In this document: one piece after another, positions 17,617 through 26,060 of the stretch | Layout: each line of letters starts with the position of its first letter | How positions within the stretch are numbered: the first letter of the stretch is position 1 | From: Pseudomonadota bacterium | GTDB lineage: Archaea > Thermoplasmatota > SW-10-69-26 > JACQPN01 > JAJPHT01 | NCBI GenBank assembly: GCA_021325135.1 | Contig: JAJPHT010000006.1 | Location: 1,034 to 65,033 of the forward strand | Direction: 5' to 3' | Length of the DNA: 64,000 nucleotides | Notes under the pieces: model-generated | The model's input: only the letters and a program-made list of their open reading frames with translations | Told to the model about the DNA's origin: nothing | Database searches by the model: none | Program-made: the position numbers and the translations under genes

Positions 17617-18534
17617 ATGGCTCAACGCTGGGTCGTGGGTGAGTATAATCTGGTTTGGGCGCTTCTTCGCGCCGCCGGCCGTTGCCTTGCGGGCGACGCC
17701 GGGGAGTTGTGGAACGTGCGCGAGCCAGAGGCAGGGCGGGTAGGATTGGGCGAGATCGACGTCGTGGCGCCGGCGGCTTTGGAGGTGGAGGCGCGCGCGA
17801 TCAGGTTTCGCAAGATCCCCGTGGTGGAGTACGACTGGGAGGGCGACCACGAAGGCCCCCTGGCCGTGCCCGGAAGCGCCATGGTGTTCATCGCCAAGAA
17901 GGGCTCCCCCGTCCTCAAGGAGATCCGGGCCGCGGCGAAGGCCCGTAACGGGAGCGACGCCGGCGTGGCGCGAAAGGTCTTCTCGCCCTTCCGCGAGCGG
18001 CGCCCCATGGCGCTCGCCGATGCCGTGGAGCTCCTGAAGCGCCAGCCCGTCTTCGCCTCGATCCAGTACGGCGGCCTCACGCTGGCGACGTCGCTCTTCG
18101 TGGACGAGGGTCTCCACGCCTGCGTGGTTCCCCTTCCCTACAATGGAGGACGCCTGGCGAAGGAGGGGTTCACCCTCGTCGAGCACGTGAAGGACGGGGC
18201 CAAGGACGCGTTGGACGCGATCGTCCTGGCGCGAGCGCCTCCCCTGACGCCGGCCGAGAAGGCGGCCTTGCGCCGCGTCCCGGCAAGCCAGCTTGGCCTC
18301 AACGTGGGGAAGGCCGCGGACTGCTGGGGCGTCACCGCCATCGCCGTCGTCGCGGTCGTCGTCCTGGGCGTGGTCGCCGTCACCACCACCGGCTGCCATC
18401 CGGGCATGCGCGGCGGGCCCCTGGTGCGCCCACCCGCCATCGCGGCCGATCGCATCAAGAAGCTGGGCCCCGCCGCGACGGCTCGCGAGCTGCTCCGGCT
18501 GCGCCGGGAAGCCTTCTCCCAGGTCCAGAGGTGA
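17617..18534 (+). CDS. hypothetical protein with C-terminal Cys-bracketed hydrophobic segment
   Basis: The ATG at 17617 follows an AT-richer divergent intergenic region. There is no signal peptide. The C-terminal segment reads ...KAADCWGVTAIAVVAVVVLGVVAVTTTGCHPG.... The stop overlaps the next gene's start (GTGA). Confidence 0.5.
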   Translation: MAQRWVVGEYNLVWALLRAAGRCLAGDAGELWNVREPEAGRVGLGEIDVVAPAALEVEARAIRFRKIPVVEYDWEGDHEGPLAVPGSAMVFIAKKGSPVLKEIRAAAKARNGSDAGVARKVFSPFRERRPMALADAVELLKRQPVFASIQYGGLTLATSLFVDEGLHACVVPLPYNGGRLAKEGFTLVEHVKDGAKDALDAIVLARAPPLTPAEKAALRRVPASQLGLNVGKAADCWGVTAIAVVAVVVLGVVAVTTTGCHPGMRGGPLVRPPAIAADRIKKLGPAATARELLRLRREAFSQVQR

Positions 18535-19052
18535 AGTCCACGCCTGGCGCTCTCTTGGACGCCATGGTCGTGGCCCTCTTCGGCTCCTGGCTTCTCCTCA
18601 CCATCCTCTGCCAGGTCCCGGGCAGGGCATCGTCCTACCTGCGCACGTGGGACTTCCTTGGCCTGATCCCCGAGTGGAACTTCTTCGCGCCCCACCCCAA
18701 CACCGGGGATTACCACCTCCTCTACCGCGATCGGCTCCTTGATGGCAGCTTCACGGAGTGGACGGAGCTGCGCCAGAGCGAGTCGTACCGCTGGTGGCAT
18801 GCCGTGTGGAACCCGGCCCGGAGGCGCAAGAAGGCGCTCTTCGACCTGACCGCCGCCTTGGCCCGGGAGATCCGCGAGGCGCCCGACACCCTCCAGGTCT
18901 CCATGGCCTACCTCTCTCTTCTGCAGCACGTCTCCAGCCTGGGTCGCCCAGAAGCGGTGGTGGGAACGCAGTTCATGATCATGCGCTCCCACGGGATGAT
19001 CTCCACCCAAGAGCCGGACGTCATGATGGTCTCCGAGGTGCATGGGCTCTGA
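18531..19052 (+). CDS. small membrane protein, possibly SdpA-like
   Basis: N-terminal TM (MVVALFGSWLLLTILCQVPG) and motif LIPEWNFFAPHPNTGDY. It is translationally coupled upstream and lies just before an HTTM-like gene. The family assignment is from memory of SdpA/SdpB pairs and is not verified. Confidence 0.45.
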   Translation: MKSTPGALLDAMVVALFGSWLLLTILCQVPGRASSYLRTWDFLGLIPEWNFFAPHPNTGDYHLLYRDRLLDGSFTEWTELRQSESYRWWHAVWNPARRRKKALFDLTAALAREIREAPDTLQVSMAYLSLLQHVSSLGRPEAVVGTQFMIMRSHGMISTQEPDVMMVSEVHGL

Positions 19053-19072
19053 ACCCCTTCTCGGACCCCCAG

Positions 19073-19870
19073 GTGGCGGTCGGCGCCGTGGAACGCCTCA
19101 TCGCCGTCGCGGTGATCGTTTGCACCGCGGAGCTCCTGGCCCAGCCTCGCGTCCTGAGCGACGAAGGCCTCCTGGGGTGGGAGGTGGCGCGCCTTCGCCA
19201 CGCATGGTTTGTCCACGGCCCCCTCTCCTGGATCATGGACGCCTGCTGCAGCTATCCGCGCGTGCTCGTCCTCCTCGGCGTCCGCCTCCTGCTCGCCCTT
19301 GCGCTCCTCGTGGGCGTGCCCCCGGGCTGGCCGCACGTCCTCCTGCTGGGCGCCCTGGCCTTGGTCTGGATGATCTCCTTTCTCCGCGTGCCCCAGGGGG
19401 CCGACGGGGCTGACCAGATGATCACCCTCGTGCTCGTCTCCCTCGCCATCGCCGGCCTCGCCGCCATGATGGGCGCTCGCTTCGCCTGGAGCGTTGCCCT
19501 CGCCTTCGTCGCGCTCCAGGCCGTCGTCTCCTACGCCACGGCGGGCATCGCGAAGGCGACCTCCTCGTCCTGGAGGAGCGGCGCGGCGCTCCCGGGCATC
19601 GCCGGCACCGACATGTACGGCAACAGGTCCGTGGCGCGTTTTCTCCAAGCCCGACCCAGGACGAGCCGATTCCTCGCGCGGGGCATCATCGTGTGGGAAT
19701 GCTCCTTCGTCCTGGTCCTGCTCCTCCCCCTGCCGTGGGCGGTCCTCGTAGTGGCCAGCGGCGTCGCGTTCCACCTCCTGAGCGCCTTCGGGATGGGCCT
19801 CAACACCTTCCTGTGGGCATTCCTCGCCACCTACCCCGCCCTCTTCCACGCCCTTGGCTTCCTTGGGTGA
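19073..19870 (+). CDS. polytopic membrane protein, HTTM/SdpB-like
   Basis: Six or more hydrophobic helices and the motif PQGADGADQMITLVLVSLAI, resembling the G-x-DG-x-DQM signature I associate with SdpB/HTTM proteins. The start is uncertain; GTG 19073 is the first canonical start after the upstream stop. Confidence 0.5.
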   Translation: MAVGAVERLIAVAVIVCTAELLAQPRVLSDEGLLGWEVARLRHAWFVHGPLSWIMDACCSYPRVLVLLGVRLLLALALLVGVPPGWPHVLLLGALALVWMISFLRVPQGADGADQMITLVLVSLAIAGLAAMMGARFAWSVALAFVALQAVVSYATAGIAKATSSSWRSGAALPGIAGTDMYGNRSVARFLQARPRTSRFLARGIIVWECSFVLVLLLPLPWAVLVVASGVAFHLLSAFGMGLNTFLWAFLATYPALFHALGFLG

Positions 19871-19970
19871 CGCGAGCGCAAGCCGGCGCAGGTGGAGCCT
19901 GTCGACGTCGAACGCACGATGGTGCTCCGCGTTTTGTCGCGAGGCGGCGCCGTTTCACGGCGTTCCTAGC

Positions 19971-20780
19971 CTAGCTGGCCATCCACATCAGCGCCCCGCA
20001 CCGCTCCTCGTGGCGCAGCTTCCCCTCCGTCTCCAGGGATAGCAATTTCTCGGTGGCCACGTCCTCCAGCCAGTCGCACGCCTCGGCGATCTCCGCCGTG
20101 GCGAGGCGGCCGTGGCGGCGCACGAGGTCCACGGGGTCGGGCGCGGGGGCGTCGACCCAGCGCGCGCCGCTGATGCGCGTGAGCGCGGCCTCGAACGCCT
20201 CGGTGGGCTGGAAGCCGGAGAGCGCGACCTCGACGCCGCGCGCGTTGCGGAAGACGACGGTGGGGAAGCCGGTGACGCCCTTGAGGCGCCCCTCGGCCTG
20301 GTCGCCGTAGAATTCCCGGGTGGCCTCGTCGGTCTCCATCGCCTCGCGGAAGCCCTGCGCGTCGACGCCGCAGGCCTTGGCGATCTCCTCCTGCACCTCC
20401 AGGGCCTCGATGTTGCGGCCGTCCATGAGGGAGGCCTCGCGCAGCGCGCGCAGGTAGCGCGGGAACGCCTCGGGCGAGACGAGGGCGGCGGCCTTGGCGG
20501 CGATGCCCGCGCGCACGGTGGTGCCGGGCCACGGCTTCAGCACGATGTCGGGGTCCAGGGGCATGCCGCTGGCGCGCCGCGCGGCGCTGAACATGCGGCG
20601 GATCTCCTCGCGGGGGAACTCGGGGCCCACGGGCGACTCGACGATGGCGCCCAGCTTCACGCGGAAGTCGATCCCCTCGCCGTGGCGCTCCTTGAGGCGC
20701 AGCAGCTGGGGCTCCAAAGCCCAGCACCACACGCTCCACGGGTCCGTGTAGTGCGTGACGACGACGGGATCGTGGCGCAT
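19971..20780 (-). CDS. DsbA/FrnE-like thioredoxin-fold protein with C-terminal winged-helix-like domain
   Basis: MRHDPVVVTHYTDPWSVWCWALEPQL (the active-site position reads SVWC, so one Cys only) and GFPTVVF (cis-Pro region). No signal peptide. The ~60-aa C-terminal extension reads LATAEIAEACDWLEDVATEKLLSLETEGKL. Confidence 0.65.
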   Translation of the reverse strand: MRHDPVVVTHYTDPWSVWCWALEPQLLRLKERHGEGIDFRVKLGAIVESPVGPEFPREEIRRMFSAARRASGMPLDPDIVLKPWPGTTVRAGIAAKAAALVSPEAFPRYLRALREASLMDGRNIEALEVQEEIAKACGVDAQGFREAMETDEATREFYGDQAEGRLKGVTGFPTVVFRNARGVEVALSGFQPTEAFEAALTRISGARWVDAPAPDPVDLVRRHGRLATAEIAEACDWLEDVATEKLLSLETEGKLRHEERCGALMWMAS

Positions 20781-20880
20781 CGGCCTGGCCAGCGGGCTTG
20801 GGCGCATCAGGGTTGCGGGAGACGAATCGTCGCCGGCCGCAGCGCAAACGCTCATGCGCCCCCGCCCTCCTGGCGCCTCC

Positions 20881-22080
20881 ATGCCCGCCAAGAAGGCCCC
20901 CGCGAAGCGAGCCGCCCGCAAGTCCGCCGAGCCCCAGGAGGGCTTCGAGACGCGGGCCATCCACGCGGGGCAGGCGCCCGACGCCGCCACCAACGCGGTC
21001 GTCACGCCCATCCACCTCACCACCACCTACGCGCAGGACGGCCTGGGCGGGCACAAGGGGTTCGAGTACTCGCGCAGCGGCAACCCCACGCGGCAGGCGC
21101 TGGAGACGTGCATCGCGAGCCTGGAGGAGGGCGCGCGCGGGCTCGCCTTCGCCAGCGGCCTCGCCACGCTCACCACCATCGGCATGCTGCTGGAGAAGGG
21201 CGACCACGTCGTGCTGGAGGAGAACGCCTACGGCGGCACGGTGCGCTACTTCAACCAGATCGCGCAGCGCTTCGGCGTGGAGGCGACCTACGTCGACGCG
21301 TCCGACCCGGCCAACGTCGAGAAGGCGTGGCGCAGGAACACGAAGATGCTCCTGGCCGAGACGCCCACCAACCCCAACCTCAAGCTCCTGGACCTGGAGC
21401 GCCTCGCGAAGATCACCGGCGCGCACGACGCGCTCCTCGTCGTGGACAACACGTTCGCGACGCCCTACCTCCAGCAGCCCCTCAAGCTGGGCGCTGACGT
21501 CGTCTGGCACTCGGCGACGAAGTATCTTGGTGGCCACAGCGACGTGATCGCGGGCGTCGCCGTCGCCAAGGACCCCGAGGTGGGCGACCGGCTCAAGTTC
21601 CTCCAGAACGCGGCCGGCGGCGTGCTCGGCCCCTTCGACAGCTACCTCGTGCTGCGCGGCATCAAGACGCTGGCCGTGCGCATGGAGCGCCACAGCGAGA
21701 GCGCGCTGGAGATCGCGAGCTTCCTCGCCTCGCACCCCAAGGTCACGCTGGTCAACTACCCGTGGCTCGAGGAGCACCCGCAGGCGAAGCTCGCGCAGCG
21801 CCAGATGCGCCTGGGCGGCGGCATGCTCAGCTTCGAGGTCAAGGGGGGCAAGGCCGGCGCGGTGCGCTTCCTCAAGGGCCCCAAGATCTGGACGCTGGCC
21901 GAGAGCCTCGGCGCGGTGGAGAGCCTCATCTGCCACCCCGTGAGCATGACCCACGGCTCCATCCCCAAGGAGCAGCGCGAGAGGAGCGGCGTCACCGACG
22001 GGCTGCTGCGCCTCTCTGTCGGCTTGGAGGACGTCGACGACCTCAAGCGCGACCTGGAGCGCGGGCTCGCGCTGGTGTGA
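20881..22080 (+). CDS. cystathionine gamma-lyase/gamma-synthase family PLP enzyme
   Basis: Motifs FETRAIHAGQ, TPIHLTTTYAQ, VVDNTFATPYLQQPL and SATKYLGGHSD (PLP lysine). It has a Lys/Ala-rich N-terminal tail. An alternative start lies at 20854. Confidence 0.9.
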   Translation: MPAKKAPAKRAARKSAEPQEGFETRAIHAGQAPDAATNAVVTPIHLTTTYAQDGLGGHKGFEYSRSGNPTRQALETCIASLEEGARGLAFASGLATLTTIGMLLEKGDHVVLEENAYGGTVRYFNQIAQRFGVEATYVDASDPANVEKAWRRNTKMLLAETPTNPNLKLLDLERLAKITGAHDALLVVDNTFATPYLQQPLKLGADVVWHSATKYLGGHSDVIAGVAVAKDPEVGDRLKFLQNAAGGVLGPFDSYLVLRGIKTLAVRMERHSESALEIASFLASHPKVTLVNYPWLEEHPQAKLAQRQMRLGGGMLSFEVKGGKAGAVRFLKGPKIWTLAESLGAVESLICHPVSMTHGSIPKEQRERSGVTDGLLRLSVGLEDVDDLKRDLERGLALV

Positions 22081-22200
22081 CCCGGGGCCGAGGGCCCATC
22101 ACCTCCCTGGTGGAAGGGTGTTGATATCAGCGCCAGCCTTCACAGCTTCCCTCCACAAGGGACAAGCCCCGTCGCCGGGCTGCGACGTGCGGGTGTTATT

Positions 22201-22818
22201 TTGCTCCCCCGAACGTGGACGCGCTCCATCCTCTCCTGCCTCCTCCTTGCGACCCTCCTCGCGGCCCTCACGCCGGCGCACGGCGCGCAGGCGACCGTCC
22301 CCTCCGCCGCTCACGTGACGATCCACCACTGGCCCCCGGGCCTCCCGACGATCTTGGACTCGGACCACTATGATATCTACGTCGCGGGAGGGTCCGGCTG
22401 GACCTGCACGCCCGCCCAGGGCACCATCATCTCTGGCTCCCAGCCCGTGGTGACCGTGACGTGCGATCCCTCCGCGACCAAGACCCTCTGCACGTCCGTC
22501 CAGGCTGGCGGCTACCACGTCCACCTGGACGTGGGCGGGCTCCAGACGCAGCTGGCCGACGGCTCGCTGACCGTCACGGCCGCGTGCACGGACCTGTCGG
22601 TGAGCAAGGAGCTGACCTTCCCCACCAACGACCCCGGCACGAGCAGCGTCGTGCGCGGCGCGGGCAGCCCGTCGTTCACGTGCACCTCCGACGCCAGCCG
22701 CGTCGTGCCCAGCCGCATCCTGGCCGACTTCTGGGTCTTCTGCGACGTCACGGCCGAGGCGTCCGTCGATCCCACCTGCTCCAGCGGGCCGGCCTGCGCG
22801 GTCCCCGACCGCCCCTGA
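22201..22818 (+). CDS. secreted Cys-rich protein, unknown function
   Basis: TTG start, signal peptide ILSCLLLATLLAALTPAHGA and 10 Cys in the mature part. Convergent with a tandem-wHTH gene. Confidence 0.5.
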   Translation: MLPRTWTRSILSCLLLATLLAALTPAHGAQATVPSAAHVTIHHWPPGLPTILDSDHYDIYVAGGSGWTCTPAQGTIISGSQPVVTVTCDPSATKTLCTSVQAGGYHVHLDVGGLQTQLADGSLTVTAACTDLSVSKELTFPTNDPGTSSVVRGAGSPSFTCTSDASRVVPSRILADFWVFCDVTAEASVDPTCSSGPACAVPDRP

Positions 22819-22825
22819 AAGGGGG

Positions 22826-23395
22826 CTACCCTTCGGCCGCCACCAGCGCCTGGAGGTGCGCGATGGGGCGCGCGTCGGCGGGGAGCTTCGCCAGGAGGCC
22901 CGAGGCGCGGCGGCGGAAGGAGGGCGCGAGCCACAGGCGGCGGCGGAAGCTGCCCTCCTCCTCGGTGAGCACGTAGAGCCGGAGAAGCTCGGGCACGTAG
23001 CGCTTCACCGTCGTCTCGGAGATGCCCAATTCGCGGGCGATCTCGCGGGGGAAGGTGCCCGGGTGCGTGGCGACGTGCTCCAGGATGGAGCGCGCCTCCT
23101 GCAGGGCGAGGATGGCGAGGATCTCGCGCTCCCAGAGGGTGAAGTGCCCCTGCGTGTCGAAGTGGACGCGGCGTTTGCCCCACAGCGTCGAGAGCACGTA
23201 CCCCTCGTCCTCCAGGAGGCTGAGGTGGTACATGACCGTGGGGTGGGTGAGCTGGAACCGCTCCGCCATCTCCAGGATGTGGGCCGCCGGGTTGCGCTGC
23301 ACGTAGTCGTACATCTGCATGCGCAGGGGGACCTTGGCCTGGCTCGTCGCGTCGAGCCCCAACTCCATGGGCGTCGCACGCGCGACCCGGGTCAA
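22826..23395 (-). CDS. tandem winged-helix (ArsR-like) transcriptional regulator
   Basis: Two wHTH units: YDYVQRNPAAHILEMAERFQLTHPTVMYHLSLLEDEGYV and HPGTFPREIARELGISETTVKRYVPELLRLYVL. Confidence 0.7.
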   Translation of the reverse strand: MTRVARATPMELGLDATSQAKVPLRMQMYDYVQRNPAAHILEMAERFQLTHPTVMYHLSLLEDEGYVLSTLWGKRRVHFDTQGHFTLWEREILAILALQEARSILEHVATHPGTFPREIARELGISETTVKRYVPELLRLYVLTEEEGSFRRRLWLAPSFRRRASGLLAKLPADARPIAHLQALVAAEG

Positions 23396-23423
23396 AAGTG
23401 TTGCCGGTCTGCAACCAAGGCAG

Positions 23424-23840
23424 TTACAGCCCGCGGACGAGGGTCAGGCAGTTGGAGGCCGTGACCGAGACGGCGAGGTTCCCCGCGACGGAGACGCAGT
23501 CCCCCTCGGATCGGGTGTCGACGTGGGTGGCCTGGACGTGCCCCGACGCGTCCACCGCGCTGATGGTGTAATAGACCGTCACGCCGGCGGGGACGTCAGC
23601 GGGGTCGTAGTACGCGGGCTCGGGACCCTCCTGGACGCGCACCATCCTGTCGGGGTCCGTGCCGCGGTCCACGGTGTAGTGCGTGGCGCCGGGGCTGGGC
23701 AGCCAGGCGAGCAGCGCGTGGCCGTCCCCGGCGCGGTAGATCATGACGCCCGTGGGGCCCTGCACCTCGACGCGGCCCCCCGAGGCGAGGGGCGCGCTGA
23801 GGAGCGCGAGCGCGACGGCCAGGCCGAGAACGGTCCTCAT
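23424..23840 (-). CDS. secreted fibronectin-III-like protein
   Basis: Signal peptide MRTVLGLAVALALLSAPLASG and an FN3-like pattern (W...P..GATHYTVDRG...YYTISAVDASG). It lies upstream of, and is co-oriented with, the wHTH gene. Confidence 0.55.
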   Translation of the reverse strand: MRTVLGLAVALALLSAPLASGGRVEVQGPTGVMIYRAGDGHALLAWLPSPGATHYTVDRGTDPDRMVRVQEGPEPAYYDPADVPAGVTVYYTISAVDASGHVQATHVDTRSEGDCVSVAGNLAVSVTASNCLTLVRGL

Positions 23841-23976
23841 GGGCCCCCCTTCGGGACGCGCAACGCCTGGAGGCCAGGATAAACGTTCCCTCTGACAGGG
23901 AGGGACGACGCTAGGATTAAGACGGGGCCCTCCGGTGGTGAAGCCTTCTCCGCCGAGGCTGGGAAGGGAGGTGCTG

Positions 23977-25359
23977 ATGAGCCGCGCTTGGGCTTGGCTG
24001 GGCTTCGCCGTCGCCCTCATCCTGCTCGCTCCCTCCGCGTCGGCCGCCAAGGCGGCCTCGCTCCAGATCGTGGGCTCCTCGCGCGCCACGGGCGCGGCGG
24101 ACGCGCTCTTCGCCATCGCCGACGGGCGGGGCCTCTCGTGGAGCGCCACCGCCAAGGAGATCGTCGTCGAGCGCGACGGCGCGAACTTCACCCGCATCGA
24201 CGCGATCAAGTCCACGAGCTACGGCCGCGTCGAGCAGGCCTCCCAGGCCTACGGTCCCGGGGAGCTCCACGGCCTGGAGGCGCGCGACGGGGGCGCCATG
24301 CTGGCGCGCTCGCTGGGCGCGCCCTTCTCGGGCGTCACCTCCACCGGGTCGCGCCTCGTCGCGGTGGGCATCCAGGACCCCTCCTTCGCCGAGTTCGGCG
24401 CCTCCGACGTGCGCACCTCGCAGACGACGCACCTCTACGTCGACGAGTCCATGCCCGGTCGCTTCGTGAACCTCACCTCCTCGGGCGGCGACTTCGAGCT
24501 GCGGGGCACGCTCCTCCTGGTCCTCTACGACGTGGACTACGCCGTCACGACCGCGCAGGGCTCGGCCGTCGAGCGCACGGGCCGCTTCGAGAGCGCCAGC
24601 GTCGCGGGCGTGACGCAGGGGCGCGACGAGCAGCAGCGCGTGACCCTGGTGGACGCCGTTCTCACGCTCCACGCCCCAGGCGAGGCCGCGCTCTTCGCCT
24701 CGCAGGGGCACGTCGACTTCAACGGCATCCTCTCGCTGCAAGGGGGCGACGCGCCCCTCGCAGCGCCGGGGCTCGCGCCGCTGGCGGCCGCGGAGGGCGA
24801 AGGGCGCTACCAGGGAAGCTCCTCCCTGGACCTGGCGCCGGCGGGCGGGTCGGCCCTGCGGCTGGAGTCCGCCCGCGCGCCCTCCCCGCTGGCGCCCGTG
24901 GCCGAGGGCGCCTCCGCCCCGCTCCTCGCCTTGGCCGCCCTCGTGCTCGTCGCCATCGCGGGCGTGACCTTCGGGCTCTCGCGCCGCGCCCGCCGCGCCG
25001 CGGACGACACCGCCGCCGCGCTCCTCGCCATGGAGGAGCGCCGCTTCGCGGACGCGCTGGCTCCGCTGGCCCGCGCCCTCGCGCGCCGCCCGCAGGACGC
25101 GCTCCTCCACCTGGACCTGGCGCTCTGCTTGGAGGAGACGGGCCGCGGGGAGGAGGCGCGGAGGCAGTACGAGACGACGCTGGGCCTCGCCCCCGCCAAC
25201 GCGGAGGCGCTCTACTACTACGCGCGCCTGCTGGCCCGCCAGCGCCGCCCCGCCGAGAGCGCCGCGCACCTGGCCGAGGCCCTCGTGCTGGACCCGCGCC
25301 TCACGGACATGGCGCGCGCCGAGCAGGCGTTCCGCGGGATGACCGGCATCTCCGTCTGA
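23977..25359 (+). CDS. single-pass membrane protein: extracellular domain plus cytoplasmic TPR repeats
   Basis: GGGAGGTG lies upstream of the ATG at 23977. It has a signal peptide, the TM LLALAALVLVAIAGVTFGL and C-terminal TPR-like repeats (ALCLEETGRGEEARRQYETTLGLAPANAEALYYYARLL). Confidence 0.65.
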   Translation: MSRAWAWLGFAVALILLAPSASAAKAASLQIVGSSRATGAADALFAIADGRGLSWSATAKEIVVERDGANFTRIDAIKSTSYGRVEQASQAYGPGELHGLEARDGGAMLARSLGAPFSGVTSTGSRLVAVGIQDPSFAEFGASDVRTSQTTHLYVDESMPGRFVNLTSSGGDFELRGTLLLVLYDVDYAVTTAQGSAVERTGRFESASVAGVTQGRDEQQRVTLVDAVLTLHAPGEAALFASQGHVDFNGILSLQGGDAPLAAPGLAPLAAAEGEGRYQGSSSLDLAPAGGSALRLESARAPSPLAPVAEGASAPLLALAALVLVAIAGVTFGLSRRARRAADDTAAALLAMEERRFADALAPLARALARRPQDALLHLDLALCLEETGRGEEARRQYETTLGLAPANAEALYYYARLLARQRRPAESAAHLAEALVLDPRLTDMARAEQAFRGMTGISV

Positions 25360-25386
25360 TCCGCCCTCGCTTCTGGGTCCGGCGGC

Positions 25387-25520
25387 GTTCTCTTCCTGGT
25401 CACCACGCAACGCCACGACGCCACGGCGCCACGACGCGACGAACGAGGAACCTTTGTTTCCCAATCGTCGCGTCGTGGCGTCGTGGCGTCGTCGCGTCCA
25501 GACGTGACAAGAAGGAGAAC
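25387..25520. repeat. long imperfect inverted repeat (about 60-nt arms, about 12-nt loop)
   Basis: The left arm is gttctcttcctggtcaccacgcaacgccacgacgccacggcgccacgacgcgacga. It pairs with the right arm tcgtcgcgtcgtggcgtcgtggcgtcgtcgcgtccagacgtgacaagaaggagaac. Located in the intergenic region upstream of nuoA. Confidence 0.7.
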
Positions 25521-25631
25521 ACCAGCGACCCCACCAAGGACGGAGAGCCAACCTCACGGCCGGACCGGCAACCCAGGAAAACGCGGGCGAAACGCGGCGT
25601 CCCGAGAGGATCACGTACCAACGGAATGGTC

Positions 25632-25637
25632 TTATAC
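25632..25637 (+). promoter_or_regulatory. putative TATA-like box for the nuo operon
   Basis: TTATAC sits in an AT-richer patch about 50 nt upstream of the GTG at 25689. Confidence 0.25.
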
Positions 25638-25688
25638 CGCTTGTCGCATCGGCGCCGCGAGGGCCCTACCCTCTGGAGCGCGCCTGTC

Positions 25689-26060
25689 GTGGCGGAAGCG
25701 ACACTCGGGAAGTACGTTCCCATCCTCATGTTGGCCGCGCTGGGCTTCGTCATCATCTTCGTGACGCTCATGCTCACGAAGCTGGTCGCCCCGCGCCGTC
25801 CCACCGCAGGCTTCCTCTCCACCTACGAGTCGGGCGAGGTGCCGGTGGGCAACGCCCGCGGGCCCATCGACGTGCAGTACTACCTGTACGTCATCGTGTT
25901 CCTCGTCATCGACATCGAGGCCGTCTTCCTGATCCCGTGGGCGCTGCGCTTCGCGAAGCTGGGCGCCGCGGGCCTCGTGGAGATGGCCATCTTCGTCGGC
26001 CTCGTCCTCCTGGGCTGGGCCTACGCCTGGAAGAAGGGGGCGCTGGAGTGGCAAAGCTGA
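25689..26060 (+). CDS. nuoA: NADH-quinone oxidoreductase-like complex subunit A
   Basis: [26 protein letters not shown]...YESGE...[22 protein letters not shown]. The start is GTG 25689 (alternative ATG 25626). Confidence 0.8.
   Translation: MAEATLGKYVPILMLAALGFVIIFVTLMLTKLVAPRRPTAGFLSTYESGEVPVGNARGPIDVQYYLYVIVFLVIDIEAVFLIPWALRFAKLGAAGLVEMAIFVGLVLLGWAYAWKKGALEWQS

Noticed and set aside
22810-22830. Small hairpin cccctgaaaggggg between convergent genes, superficially similar to the flank of the double-hairpin repeat family.
   Set aside because: It shares only the CCCCTGAAA string. It lacks the CAGGGGGC...GCCCCCTG core and the inverted second unit. It is probably an unrelated short stem.
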